A stretch of DNA of 55,872 nucleotides, the filler included, from Dugesia japonica (lineage: Eukaryota): assembly GCA_001938525.1 (NCBI GenBank). It is 5 parts of 5 records of this genome, joined end to end, with 100 filler letters (N's around TTAATTAATTAA, not from the genome) between each part and the next. Parts side by side here need not be neighbours in the genome. Positions count along the whole stretch, not along the records: positions 18,124 to 31,090 come from MQRL01645774.1; positions 31,191 to 39,972 come from MQRL01631683.1; 3 more parts are not named here. One strand, 5' to 3'. The translations under genes were made by a program, and so were the position numbers. The notes under the pieces are model-generated. The model was not told the DNA's origin. It was given only the letters and a program-made list of their open reading frames with translations, and did no database searches. Shown here in pieces: positions 23,039 to 37,389 of this stretch. How positions within the stretch are numbered: the first letter of the stretch is position 1; each line of letters begins with the position of its first letter.

Positions 23039-23600
23039 TTGATAATGTATACTTTTGAAATACAAAATATAAATGACGACCAAGTTGAAGTAAGTGCCAT
23101 TACTAGGCAAAGGAAGGAAGAGCGACGAAAGATTTTTAAAAACGTTCCACAAGCTACTCAAGAAATGCTGATTTCGGAGCCTACATATTTTATGGCTGTT
23201 AAGATACTGCAGAAGATTGGATCCAAACCACCAAGGAATTTGCTAAATTTAATCAAATGCAAATTTCTTTTGCATTTGATATTATATTACGAGGCTATTC
23301 CAGGAATTGTGGCAAGAAACGAACACAAACGAGGACTTCAATATAGATGAAAAGAGCGAAAGTTGATTTCGATCAACATTTATTAATGACAAATCGCTAG
23401 TTGAAAAAATTACAGATCTATCATTATTTAAAAAAAGTGTTTGGGTGAAACACTTTATACGGAAAATAAATATGGCGATAAGTGAACTCGAAATTTTAAA
23501 GATTGACATAAGAAAAGAAAACGAAGAATTCAGACACAAGAAGGACATAATTCAGTTGAAGAAAGAAAAAATGAAAAAGAAAACCGGATTAGGAAGCTAA
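23039..23600 (+). pseudogene. Disrupted ORF of unknown function upstream of the Gypsy element
   Basis: 103-aa ORF followed by charged, coding-like sequence; no recognisable motif. Confidence 0.3.
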
Positions 23601-24719
23601 AACCTATGAGATAACCAGAAGCATCTAGAATTACAGCAAGAAACAACGCAGAAATAAAAAAGTCAATGAAGAAAAGAAGTCATAAAAGCGGTTATCAGAA
23701 CAAGGAAAATAATAAATGAGATCCAAGTAATTAATTCATTTGGCGAAAATAAGGAAATCATATAGCATGAATAATCGATGAAAGAGAAAATAAATTAAAT
23801 GAATTAATTAGTGGAAGAAAACAACGAATTCAAATTAATTCTAGATCATAAAAGAAAAGTGAAAATCAAATAAATATTTAAGAAGAATATAAAATAAATA
23901 ATTTATTTATTTAAATAAAATAAATAATTTGAATATTAATTATGAATATGAATATTATATTATATTAAAGAAGAAAATTAAATTTTTTACAAAAATTAGA
24001 AAAAAAAGGTTTCCTATCGAATTAAAATTAGCAATTAAGAAAATTATCGACAAGAACAAATCGGGGAGTTCAAAATTTCAAGTTAAAAAATCATAACAAG
24101 ACTAATAAATAAGAAACAAGTGTCTGAAGGTTGACCAATTGAACTCCAATAATTTCAACCAATAAGAAGAGTCAGTTGACAATATCAACCAATAAAAACG
24201 TCGAAAAATGGAGTTCGACCAAAATGAAATCAGTGAGGGTGTATTTGGAAAGCTGTATAAATACTGACGGAATTTCATACTGAAATCGAACGGAAAATCT
24301 CAACTATTACAAAGGTACATATTTTTCCATTTGGATTTTTGGTGCAACGATTTTCGACTAGAATAAACTATGCAAAATTATGGAGGACCCTTGGAGTTAT
24401 TAATAACTACCGAGGATATGTCCATCCAAGTGCTGTAATTGCTCCGGATCGGGATTCAGGCTATCTTAGTTTTATTTCTTATTGTAATTGTTAGATTACT
24501 GTTAGATTACCACAAGTGAAAGTTAACATTTATAATATAAACTTTTCACTTTTTAAATTCTTTTATTTTTTATGATAATTAATTTAACCATAAACTAGTA
24601 AAAATTCTAATTAATTAAGATTAAACTTGATAATACAATAAAGACTAATAAAAGACTTACAAAGTGGAAACTGATAAAATAAGGACTAATAAGAAAATAA
24701 ATAGTAGGAATCAAGTATG

Positions 24720-27700
24720 TCTTGAAAATCAAGCAAATATCATGAAAGACGAACCCGAAAAAAGGAATGCGAGTCTGCACTTGAATTCCGAGTCAACGGC
24801 TCCATTCCGAAGATCTGGATTAAATTAATCGTAGGATTTTACTAGGCAGATCAATCTAGAATTTGGATTTCCTAGACTAGACTTAATTTAAAAAATTCAG
24901 CCTACCTAGATAAAACGCAAACAAAAGGATTAATGAAAAATATCTGAATTTCGAGTTAAGAGTAAAAACATTCTCCACTATATATTTGAAAACAAAAGAT
25001 CACCAGTGGAAATATCAAGAGTTTTTATCCCGAATGGATTAAGAAGCGAAAAGTTAAAAGAATCCTTTGAACTCAAACCAAAGTTAAATGACGAAAAACG
25101 TCGAGATTCGGCTGCAAAGCTTGATAAATTTGTTGCAAAAAGTAATTTTAATGCTGTCAAAGGAATCTATGCAAGTGTAGTTAAAAAATCCGCTTTCGAA
25201 CCCAAATATAATAAAATGGGAAGTAATTACAAAGAACAATATTTTCATCACAAAGAAAATATTCTATTATTTCTAGAAAACCGACAAACGATTTAATGAT
25301 TGGTAATAATATGCAAAAAATAAAAGATATAAATGAAGACCAAAGAAGAGATTTACCAAAACATTCTCTGAAATATGTAACAACAAATTTTTATAATAGA
25401 TATCACAATAAAGCTCCTCCCAAAGTAGAATTCCTACAACCTGGTGCTTGTTTTTTCTGTGGTGAAATCAACCATAGAAGAATAAACTGTCCTTTAAAAA
25501 TAGGTGTTTATATGCGGTGAAGAAGTCCACGCTTTTAGAAATTGTACATTATTACCAAGAGGCCACAATAATCAAAGAATATTATGTATACCAGAACAAG
25601 AGAGAGAGAAGAATCTTTAAATAGAAACTCACTAATTGATTTTGAACATGATGCAATAAATTCTTTTATAATAATTTAAAAAATGTCCAGGTTGCATTAA
25701 AAAATCTAGATGTTGATAGAAGGTCTGATGTTAAACTGATATATCAAAAAAGTGATGGTAGAAATTGAAGCACAGTAAATTGTAATGAAAATTTTGTAGA
25801 TATGTTATGAAATTCTGGGGTGTCTGTCTCAGTGATGAGTGCAGAAATTTGGAAAAAGATTGATTCACCAAAAATTCATTTTTCAAATGTAATGGTAGCT
25901 GGAGTATTTTCTTAAAAAAGTGAAAAATGCATTGNAAAAACCAGAATTAAATTATTTTGGAATAGAAGCATATAGAGATAGAAATAACTATTGTTAAATA
26001 CATTTGTCCAAATTTTTTTCCTGATATCGATATGATGAAAGCGTTTGGAATGTGAATAAAAGAGATCAATTTCATAGATTCAAAAGATGTTATATGCAAA
26101 AATAAGAAACATAATAATAAAAAAATGAATATACTCAAGCTAAATGTCATCAATAGAATAATTGAATTACTTGATAAATATGACCACATAATTATGAATT
26201 CAAAATTCGATGTTGAGTTAACAAATATGACGATTCATAACATAGAAACTAAAAAAGAACCCGTATTGATCAATCCAAGAAGACAACCTATGCATTTAGA
26301 AGGTGAGATAGATGAATTAATACAAAATCTATTATTAGCAATTATTATATAACCTGATCGAAGTCCATGGAATTCTTCATTTGTGATTGTTCCAAAAAAA
26401 AGATGGTTCTATCAGAATGTGTCTTGATTTTAGGAAATTGAATTCAGCAACTGAAAAATAGTCATTTCTGTTCCAGATATAAATTTGTTACTGGATACTC
26501 TAAATGACTTTATGTTTTCCTCATCAATCAATCTTGGATTTACTTGGATTTAAATCGATCTTTACCAAATTAAAATAACCGAGAAGTCTAAATAAAAACA
26601 GCTTTCGGGAAAAAAATGGAACAATTTTGTTTAATTCGCATGCCGTTCGGCTTATGTAACATTCCTGAAACATTTCAAGAATTAATGCATAATCCTTTAA
26701 ACACGATGTTATTTAAAATAATAGCTTCGATCAAAATTTTGTTTTTTTTTTGGTATTTGATAACAATTCGATATTTCGACTTTGTCTTCTTCAGTAATAA
26801 TTATTTACTCGAGTACTCGTTTATTTTGATGACATTTTAATTTTTGGTCAGAACCAAGAAATTCATGATAAACATTTACAAAATGTGTTGGAACTAATTG
26901 AGCAATCTGATCTCAAGATTTATCTTGAAAACTGTATATTAAGTGTATCAAAACTCAAATTTCTTAGTTATACAATCAGTTCTAAAGGTGTTGAAAGAAA
27001 TGATGATATGATTACTAAAGAAAAAGCCTGTTCATCTAAAATGTGCAACCAAAATTCAAACTTTCTTGGAATTGACAAATTACTACCGTAGGTTTATAAA
27101 AGATTACGCAACAATTTCCATTATATGAAGCAATAACCGGATCAAAAAAGTTTTAGAGTGGACAGAAGAATGTGATATCAGCTTTAAACTACTGAAATAA
27201 AAATTATGCAGTTTGTCCAATCTTGGAATTTTCAAATCCTCAAAGCAAAATGATATTAGACATAGACGCAAGTTTCAATGCAATTGGTGCTGAGTCAATT
27301 GTTGAGAGATGTGGAAAGTGTTCATGCATCTCGTAATTTGAATGATCATGAAAAGATTTATTATGTAACCAGAAAAAACTATTGGCGTTGCACAAATTTA
27401 TGATTAATTTCAAGCATTATCTTTACGGAAAAAAGTTCATAGTCAGAACTTACAATAAGGCATAATGAAATCTATTTCACAGTTTAAGACGTGGATTAAA
27501 AACCTAGCAGAATTTGATTTTGGTCTTCAATTTCGTAAAGGCATTGATAATGGGAGTGCTGATGGATTATCAAAAATAGGAGAAAGTTTATGCGCTCAAT
27601 GTTTGTCGCCTCATCACGATGCAAAACGTAAAAAATCTGGAGTTAGAAGAATAAATACTGTAGAAAGTTCAAATTATGATAAAGAAAGTATCATAAAAAT

Positions 27701-28460
27701 TCAAAGCAATGATCAAATTACCAAAGAGATAATTGAATATATTTAAGAACAAAGTTTACCAGTTAGTAAAAATTTAAATAAAAGTAAATAAATCAGAGAT
27801 ATTGATAAATTCGTTATGAAGAATATATATTGCTGATTGTTGATAAAAATACGAAGAGGATAATTTTAGCAGGTAAATCAGTGGTTGATTTAATAAATTA
27901 CATTCATGAATAATTATGTCACTTGGGAACGAATAAATTAAATGACTATATTCACATAACTTATTTTTAGCCAGATATTTTCAAAACAATTGAACATGAG
28001 TTTATAAATGCTTAATTCGCAATCAACAAAAAACATATACATGCAAAACTAATGAACTTTTACTACTTGGAACCAAATTTTGAGCGTTAGAACAGATTAT
28101 CATTGATGTAGCTAATTTTAATGAATCAAAGTTAAAGAAGTACATTTTAGTCATTATAGATCGATATCACGAACTTGTTAGTCTGTCAGCCAAGACGGAA
28201 AATCTGTAATTGAATCAATAAAAGAGAATTGGATATATAGATGCGGCAAGCCCAAATCCATACTGACAGATAGAGGCAAGATATTTGGAAAGAAAACTGA
28301 TGAAAGTAATGACTAAGAAATTTGGAATTAACCATGAATTTTCGTCTCCATACCAACAGCAATCAAATAGGTTGGCAGAAAAAACGACCAGGACTCTACG
28401 TGATATGATTGTCACTACAATGAAAAGTTTGTTACAAAGAATGATATGAAGGACAACAAG
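24720..28460 (+). mobile_element. Ty3/Gypsy LTR retrotransposon internal region (gag-PR-RT-RH-IN), decayed
   Basis: CFFCGEINHRRINC; protease NSGVSVSVMS; RT SPWNS, RMCLDFRKLN, RMPFGLCN.P.TFQ, YFDDILIF; RNase H DIDASF.AIGA, ADGLS; integrase H..LCHLG, ILTDRG, SPYQQQSN..AE. Confidence 0.92.
26764..26800 (-). ncRNA. Minimal hammerhead motif inserted in Gypsy RT
   Basis: CTGAAGA-AGACAAAGTC-GAAA-TA-TC-GAATTG, with helix I partly decayed. Confidence 0.55.
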
Positions 28461-30338
28461 ATGAAATTTCCTTATGGAGAAGGATCGAAATTTCTTTAAA
28501 AGGGGCTTCGATGGAATGGTCAACCGCTGAAAAAAGTGCATCAATGTAAACGAAGGATATGCCAAGAAATGAGACCTATGAATGTATATTTATTGTTAAT
28601 AAAAATTTTGTTGAGTTGACTTTATTATTTCTGGTAGAGTCTAAGGACTTTTAGGCCTTACTACTTATAAGAAAAATAATCTCTTAATTGAATATTTTTT
28701 TTCATTTGAGAGTTTCTTTGCAAAATCTAAATTTTTCAAAATAGCTAATCACTTGAATCTATCGGAAAAAACATGTTTCCTTTATATGAAATTACAGGTC
28801 CGGCATAAACTCGGGTCACTGGCAACTTCGTCTCAACCTAGTATTTCTAGAAGACAGTTTCTTGTTTGAGAAGTTTCAGCGTGACAGATTCCAAGAATAG
28901 CTGAAAAGTGGTTGACTCACACTTATTAACTATAACCGTTTATGCGCTTGTTAAAGCTGATTCACACTTGAGATCAAATAAACAAGCTAACACAACAATT
29001 TTGTATCAATTTAAGAAATGGACAAAGTCATCAAACTAACGTCAAATAACTGACTACTACTGTCAATGATGCATAAACGACTGCACAACACTACTATCCA
29101 TGAAGCGCTATTTTGATTAAATGGATTAAGTGATAAAAATGTGCCTTTAGACGAAAATGATATAAAAAAGCTGCACGATCTCAGAAAAAGATCTGCCTAC
29201 ATCAAAATAAGCTCATAGTATATATTTTGTGTGATGTAAAGTCTGTGATTTCACTGGAACGCAATTAATCCAAATAAGGGTAACAGACATAATTGCATTA
29301 AAATGACCAGAATTGACTGATGTTAAGTTTCTTCATAACAACATCAAATCAAAATCTTTTGTCGTTGAAGTAGGAAATTTACATTCACCGTAGATGAATT
29401 GAAAACGGCAGTTAGGAACATCTTCAAAAGAGAAAAGCACTTGAATTTTACAAAATATTTACGATCAACACCGTTCCAGGAAGCACCTGTTTCGAAGCTA
29501 TGTTGTTTACTTTAATGATTGCTGCATTGTTTTGTTTTATATTATAGTTAATAAAATATGATAGAACTGATATAAATAAAACCAATTTAAATCATTTTAG
29601 TAAATAAAGTTAGTATATTTAAGCTGACTTGAAAAAAACTATAAATTATCAGTAAATATTAAATTGGTCACAATTTACAAGTAACGTAGGGATAAACCGT
29701 TAAGAGCGCTCCAAAAAATAAGCAAATTTTGATTCCCCTTGGGGACATTCTTTCGCAAACAAACATCTCATATTTTCAGAAAAAAATTCAAGATTTATAT
29801 ATACCCGTTATCTGAATACTATTTCTCAGTTCTCTAAATTATATTTTCTTCGAACAAGTTGAATGATAATCTGAAATTTTACATGCGAATTTTGAAGTGT
29901 AAATTAGAACTGTAGGTACTGCTGGGGACTTGTAAATATATATACAAATAAAATATAATGTATATAACTTGTACCCTAGAGTCCCATTCTTTGGATACTC
30001 CAATCACCCCCTTCTTAAAGAAAATCTTTAATGAATGATCATTTATTAATAAATACTTTAACTTTTAAATGCCACTTATATCACTTATTAAAGGAATATT
30101 GTATATTTGCTGTTAAAGAATTAATAATAATACATATTTCATTTTAAATAACATTTTTGTGCTCATGTTGTTCACTTAAAATTCCATCAATAATTGAACA
30201 TTTATACACTCCTTCAAAATCTATGAATCGATATGTAAAGAAACAAAATCTAAGTAAAATATAAGTATTATATGTATAAATAAATATAAAATATTAACAT
30301 GAATTTAATTTATTTGATATTTCCAATCTTATCTCTAA

Positions 30339-30372
30339 ACACACACACAAGCACACACACACATACATACAC
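30339..30372. repeat. Imperfect (CA)n microsatellite
   Basis: Direct reading. Confidence 0.8.
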
Positions 30373-30610
30373 AATTTTGTAGCTACTAATAATTTCTTAA
30401 AATTTCTGATAAAGTAACCAATTTCATAAATTAAAATAATAAAGACACGGTCAAAATTTATTGGAAAACATTTATAGACAGTACGAGATAATGATTCAAT
30501 CGGCGATTTAACCGTTAGAAACTCATGTAACAGAAGAACTTATCAGGCAGAGAACTATAAAACAATATCCAACATGATGATGATGTTGATGATGATGATT
30601 CGGTAAATCT

Positions 30611-30877
30611 TTAGCCGAGATCGAGATGATCTGTATAAACCAGAAATGCTATTGCTGCGCATAGAATAATTGGAATTAAGAAAAATATAACGTTATCGAA
30701 AAATGGATTTCCGAAAAATCCACCACCTCTATTCATTCCTCCAGCAATATTTTCCAACCAAAGATGTCTTCCGTTGTTCTGAGTAGCCGAATCATCATTG
30801 TTTGTGGATATGGGTGAAAGAACTAGATTATTTTGATTTTCACTTTTCTTTCTTTCAAGTATTATACCTTGTATTTT
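30611..30877 (-). CDS. Probable terminal exon of a host gene encoding a C-terminally anchored membrane protein
   Basis: TTTTAG acceptor at 30878-30883, then 88 open codons ending NVIFFLIPIILCAAIAFLVYTDHLDLG*, with higher GC than the flanks. Confidence 0.45.
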   Translation of the reverse strand, partial: KIQGIILERKKSENQNNLVLSPISTNNDDSATQNNGRHLWLENIAGGMNRGGGFFGNPFFDNVIFFLIPIILCAAIAFLVYTDHLDLG

Positions 30878-31190
30878 CTAAAATTAAAAATTGCACAATG
30901 TGGTGTTAGAAATTGATTTTTTAAAATAGAAATAAATGAGTTCCTTCTAATGTTTGGATCATTACAGGGAAACTCATTATAGCATTGAAATACTCACATT
31001 ATTAGAATTTTCAATATTTACATTTAATTATTAGGTCTACTCTTTGAGAAGGTGGCTATTTAGTAAATAGCTCTAAATTCACAATACAACNNNNNNNNNN
31101 NNNNNNNNNNNNNNNNNNNNNNNNNNNNNNNNNNTTAATTAATTAANNNNNNNNNNNNNNNNNNNNNNNNNNNNNNNNNNNNNNNNNNNN

Positions 31191-31545
31191 CTGTATCTTA
31201 CAACACATCGACCATTTTACTTCTAACTTTGACCATACTCCCAATTCTTCTATCATTCTTCTTATACATAGCACAATTCCACTTTTCAGTTTAAATTGTA
31301 TTGACTTCACAAACGAAAGTGAAACAAACATGATTTATTATCTTTTAATCTTCATTTCTTTCATCTGCATTGTTATTTTCTTCTAAAATGCATTTCACAC
31401 AATTATTGTTGTGATATCTAATTTCCAAGTAATCAACAGTTTGCAAAACTGTGACCTGTTTTACCATAAATTAGTTTGCATGATTTAAGAGGGCAATTAT
31501 GACGGATGTGACTCATCAAATCACAGCAAAAGTATGGGTCTTTTT
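31191..31545 (-). mobile_element. LTR retrotransposon gag-knuckle/protease fragment
   Basis: CCDLMSHIRHNCP and GKTGHSFANC knuckles, with VDVL*DT at the contig edge. Confidence 0.6.
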
Positions 31546-32012
31546 TTTTAAATTTAAATTTTCAACTCCTCGTTTTCAAAGTATGACGAAACAATAAATG
31601 TAATTTGTTTCTATAATCAATAATTAATACACACCAGCTTTTTGATTAAATTGAAACAATAAAACCAACTCAATATTCTTAATATTATTATAATGATTAT
31701 TTTGTATTAATATTCTATCTTTGGTGGTTTGAAATTAAGTGTTGAAAAATAATTTAAAGTTTTATTATTTTGTCTAAAATTGGAAATTTTGTTTATAAAG
31801 AAGTTAGTGTCAAAATAAGATATTTAACATAACAAGTTTAATAATCGATATTGAAATATAAAAATATAGTTTTCATGAAAATCATTACAAACTTTTAAAG
31901 CCAATTTGATTTCAATTTTGTTAAAAACATAGTACACACTATTTTTGGTTGGGTACTGAATTTAAAGAGACTAAAGATAATTTCTACTCACCCATACTGA
32001 TATTACCTAATC

Positions 32013-32359
32013 CAGTATTTCTCATTACAAGTGATAAGCTTGTATTGCGGACCACAAAAAAGTTACATACCAAATTAGGGAAAAAAGTGCATGTTTTATA
32101 AGTAATTCACGGACTATTTACCTGCATTTAAGTTACAGTTAAATAAACTACTGATTTCATACGACTGGCAGAAAATGTTAACAAATTTTGCAATCGTATG
32201 AGACAAGAACATTCAACTTTGTATGGTAAGCGATTGCTCAGTTTTCTCAGTTGTATGTATTAACATTGTCATTAAACAATAAGTAATAAGACATTTAAAG
32301 TTTGTAAATCGGTATATGGAATATAAAGAAGTACGCGGACCACCGGTTGAGAAATAGTG
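32013..32359. mobile_element. hAT (Buster/Charlie-type) MITE
   Basis: TIRs CAGTATTTCTCA / TGAGAAATAGTG (11/12); 8-bp TSD-like flanks ACCTAATC / ATCTAATT with central TA; GCGGACCAC near both ends. Confidence 0.8.
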
Positions 32360-32896
32360 ATCTAATTTACCAAGCTACATAGAAAATGAAACCCTTATGA
32401 TAAAGAAATTAAGTGAATGACAAAAGTTATCATCCTACTTTAAATATAATTTTAAAACAAATAATAAAAAACTTAATCAATAATTTATTTTACAATGCTT
32501 ATGAAAATTTNNNNNNNNNNNNNNNNNNNNNNNNNNNNNNNNNNNTTTAAGCTATTTTTGATCCAATTATTTCATAGGGATCTTCTCATATCAGTATGAC
32601 ATCCATATAAAAACAGCAGGCGTTAAAATACGCGGATTAACCGAAGTCAATAAAATAATTACTATTACCCGAATAATTATATTATGTAATAAAAAATATA
32701 AATCGAAAACATATAATTATTATATTTCTGAAAAAAAACCAACAACTAAACTCATCGTTACTACAACAATGGCAAGTCAGGTTTTTGAGGTTAATGAGTA
32801 ATTTCATTAGAAAGACTTAATAGTATCAATTTCAATACATTTGTACATCGTCAGATAATATTTGATATAAATAAAACTAAAAGCATCAGTTACAAT

Positions 32897-33229
32897 TCAA
32901 TTATTACAGCTGAAAAACACCGGTGAAAATTTTGAAATGTTAACCACAATAGGAGCTTTGACATACATCTGATTTCGAATTTTTGTCATTTGAAAATAAG
33001 ATCTTAACCAACTGGATTTAGTCACCGGATCTGGATAATTAACTTGGGAACATAAGTCACTGGGTTTATTTACTGTATTACTATCCCATTTTTGCTGGTT
33101 AACAATCTCATTTTGTTTTAAATAAAGTGGATTGATAAATTTGTTTTTCTGTAAATGTTTCGTTTTGTTGTGTATAGATGAATTACATTTGATGGAATGA
33201 ACATCTTTATTTGACTGAGATTCTATCAA
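32897..33229 (-). CDS. Possible host exon, unknown product
   Basis: 110-codon open frame directly preceded by a TTTCAG acceptor. Confidence 0.3.
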   Translation of the reverse strand: MIESQSNKDVHSIKCNSSIHNKTKHLQKNKFINPLYLKQNEIVNQQKWDSNTVNKPSDLCSQVNYPDPVTKSSWLRSYFQMTKIRNQMYVKAPIVVNISKFSPVFFSCNN

Positions 33230-33759
33230 CTGAAATTGAAATATTTTGTGAAATATTTCAAATATCTCAATATTATAAATAGAACAGTTAATTTTATAAT
33301 TGATAACAGGTCAATTAAATCGCTAAAATGTAGATAATTATTGAAAATAAAATTTTAAAAATATTTCTGGATGATTTAGAATAAATGAACTTTTTTTAAA
33401 ATTTACAGATCAATTGTAGAATCTGCCCACTAATTGAATCAATTATAGAATATCTCCTTGGCATCAATTTATTGGTCGAGAATTATTTATTATAGATTAT
33501 ATAATGTTGTGTAATTTATGATTGTAGAATCAAATTATAATCACGAATTTAAAATTTTTTAAAATTAAATGAATAAAAACACATTTATAGACAAAAACAG
33601 TTGATCTTACGCCAATTTTTGTGATGAAAAATTTTAAATGAAAGAATATCAAAATTAATTATAGAATCTCACTTTAAGTTTTATCGGGGGAGATTTTACA
33701 ATTTATCAAAATTCTTTCTATTTTAAAACCGCATCGATTTCAATATTAATAGTTTACCG

Positions 33760-33985
33760 CAGGGCTTCTTAAACTTTTCTCAATCACGACTCTATATAAA
33801 TATAAAAGACAGTTATAAATATTTTGTCAAATTCACAGCCACGTGTTAGTGTGCGTGAACATTCAAACCATTGTTTGCGTACGTGTTTCTATAATTTCGT
33901 GTATTTAAATATTTTACATTAAAATCTCGCGATCCCATGATTTTGCTAAGAAACCCCATTTAGGGTCGCGTCCCATAGTTTCTGA
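33760..33985. mobile_element. hAT MITE remnant
   Basis: Starts CAGGGCTTCTTAAACTTTT and ends GGGTCGCGTCCCATAGTTT, typical Charlie-like termini. Right TIR incomplete. Confidence 0.55.
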
Positions 33986-36586
33986 TTTACCGGAATAATT
34001 AATTTGATGTTGCCCAGAGTCGTGTTTTTAATATTAATGTGTTTAAATGAAATCTTAAAACAACTAGATTTTCGATTAAATATTTCAACTTCAAAATTTT
34101 GTTCATTATAAACAATATATTTTCTCATAAAAACCGAAATAAACATTACACAACTTTAATATTTTAAACTTTAAATGAAAAATTTCGGTGGATAGATTTT
34201 TAATTGTAAAAGTAGTTTAAAATCATCTCAGAATTATTTTTTTTAATTAATTCAAGCAACTAATATTGAGTTGAAATTAAATTGCTTAATATGAAAAAAA
34301 TCACAAAGTATTCTATCTGATTATTACACGTTCAACTATTAGTTTGCATATAATATTTTTTATTTCAACAAAACCCGTTCTAACAGACAGTTTCAGAAAT
34401 TCAGTGATTGGAAAGATTCAATAATTTCTAAGCATTGGTAGTATGTAAATTGAAATTTCAACGAATTTGATTTAGAAATTAGACTGTGTTTGGGAACGAT
34501 TAAATGATTATCCTCTACATTGAAAGACATTGATTCTATTTATTTGAAACGAATTTTAAATATTCAAGTTTAAATTTAAATTAATTGAAGAGGTAAATTA
34601 TGTATAATAACAAGGATATTTTGCATGAACATTATATATTACGATATATATTACGAAAAAGTTACAAAAACTAATGTTCAACAGTTTTATTGTTTTAAAA
34701 AAATAATTTCATTTATGATTGATGTATTTTTCCATACGAGAAAACAAATTTTCAAAACATATTTGCCAAAGCGAATTAAGTATTACTGAAACATGAAAGT
34801 TGCAAGCATCAACCGAATCTTTTGGTTTCGAAAATCGTTGACAACACAATTTGATCTTCACATATGGTAATAAAATGAAATCATTAGAAGCCAAATCAAC
34901 ATGGCGGCTGACCCATCAATTCGATGTTTTGAGAAGTCAAAATGCTACTTGTTTACACTAATGTGTGTGAGCTCGTATTGTCATTATGAAAAACGACAAC
35001 GATCCGCCATCACACGTTGTGTTATCTTATTTTCCAATGACCTCTGGCAAGGAAATGGTTGTGTACCATTCAGAGTTAACCGTTCTATCAGTCCCTAAAG
35101 TCACGATTGTCGTGTCCAGTTTTACCGAAAATACAGGGCTATATTTTCAACAAAACAAATAATTTACGGTAAAAAAATTATTAAAGAAAATCTCTTTGTT
35201 ATTTGGATTTAATAAAAGTTTTTTAATAGAAATCATTTTATATAAATCATTTAATAATTTTGATAAATTTAACATTACTTTATGACATGGACAATATTTA
35301 GGCTGAAAATTGAGAATGGCGCCTAATTTAATAATCAATATAAAAAATGTTTGTGGAAATTTATTGATGAAGATAAATGTTGAAATTAATTATTATAATT
35401 TTTTTGTTATGACAATATTAAATAAAAATTAATTTTACAATTTCCCACAATGATGATTATATTGAAATTAATATTGAATCGATTAAAACAAAATATTGAA
35501 GTTACAAATTCATTTTAAATTGCTTTTTGACAACAAGCAAACTTTGACAATAAAATTACAACACTAATTATTTTTAAATATTCCTGTAAAAATAAATTAT
35601 TTCTAAGAATGCCCTATGTTATTATGTAGCAAGAAACACCAATAATTGATTAAATTTTCAGTATTTCTGAAGAAATTTTTTAATGAATTTGAAAATCGTT
35701 TTATTTCAGTTATCGAGATTTAATGTTAAAAAATTAAATCTTTTTACATATAATTAGAAGCNAATTCTATCTAATTGGATCATTTTAAAAACTGAAACAG
35801 TACAATCATTTAATAATTATTATATTTTCAAAAATTCCAATGTAAGCATCATGCAAATAGAATTTACTGCTTATTATTAATTTATTATAAACTATATATT
35901 TAGTACCATAGAAATAGTTATCAATTAAGAAATTTCAATTTGAAACTATGGATATCTATTATTTACTTTAATAAATTTTAATNNNNNNNNNNNNNNNNNN
36001 NNNNNNNNNNNNNNNNNNNNNNNNNNNNNNNNNNNNNNNNNNNNNNNNNNNNNNNNNNNNNNNNNNATTTTTAAATAAAAACCATTAATTTAAAATAGTG
36101 ATTCATGATGTGTTTTGAACAATAAAAGCAAATTCGATTGTATAACCAAGATTTAATGAGGGAGGGAGACAATTTCGAGGAAAAAATTACTTTTAATAGA
36201 CAGCAAAAATGACATTTTCTTATTAAAATCGGTTGAAATACAATAAAAAAATCAATCAAAAAATTAAGTCTTCAGTTGAATTTGCGGAATTCCGAGAGAA
36301 ACTCGTTGAAAGAAATGCCAATATATCTTAGTAAAATAAAATATTTCACAAGTAACCATAATTTTTAATCAATATTACGAATTTTTATTAAAGCTGAAAA
36401 GAAAGTAAGTATATCCATAATATTTGAACAAATGATCCATATTTCAGAATATTAAAATTATTTTACAATTGCAATTATTGATATTATAATTGTTGGANNN
36501 NNNNNNNNNNNNNNNNNNNNNNNNNNNNNNNNNNNNNNNNAAAATAAAAGCTTCGATCAAAATTGTGTTCTTTTCGTATTTGATAA

Positions 36587-36623
36587 CAATTCGATATTTC
36601 GACCTTGCCTACGTCAGGAATTG
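36587..36623 (-). ncRNA. Minimal hammerhead motif (one core change)
   Basis: CAATTC-CTGACGT-AGGCAAGGTC-GAAA-TA-TC-GAATTG. Confidence 0.55.
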
Positions 36624-37389
36624 ACTTATTCTCGAGAATTAAAATAGTTCAAGAAATGAGAAACCCTAAGCCTTTGTATTTTTAAATCGAAAAATTTTAA
36701 GAATACAAGTTCAAACAAAAAATTTCGACAGTATTCTATATCTGATAAATTCAAAATGTCACTAATCAAATCTTCTGAATTTTCAACATTTGTAATCTAA
36801 CTCAAAAATATAATGATTGCAGTCTTAAAGTTGGAAAATAAAGTGCGAGTAAAGTGCGATTGGTAGTCGTATAAACTTTATGTTCATATGGTGCTTCCTC
36901 AGCTTGAATGTCTCAGTTTCTTGTACTACTTGATAATATATAAATTCCAAAATCTCACCTATCAATCTACGGTAATTAAAAATTAATTTCTTCTATCGTT
37001 CTAATCCGATATACAGTTATCATTTATCAATGTTATTGAAAAATGATTTCACAACTTCTATCACTATTTTTTAAACATTTTTTTGTTAATAAAGCTCGAC
37101 AGTTTACTTCAATTCCTTATCACATTTTTTACCTAGGTTTCATTTTCTTACCGTTTCTCTAATATTTTTATTCTTTGCTAGAAATATTTTCATTTTTTAA
37201 GTTTTACTCAAAAAATCCAGGTATTTATTTTAATAATAATTAATAAAAAATATTTAATTTTCAATTTATTAATTAATCTAAACAATAAATAAATATAATA
37301 TTTATTTATTTATTACAATCAAGGTTAAATATAATAAATTAATTATATTGTTTGTGTTTAACAAAAAACTTATAAAAAGTTAGGTTTTC

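Noticed and set aside
28700-29500. Moderately GC-rich, coding-like decayed segment (similar at 34700-35120 and 42050-42550)
   Set aside because: No recognisable motif or sustained frame; needs a translated search.
35665-35705. CTGAAGA...GAAA hammerhead-like string (also ~10755-10790)
   Set aside because: No convincing helix I and no shared family tail.
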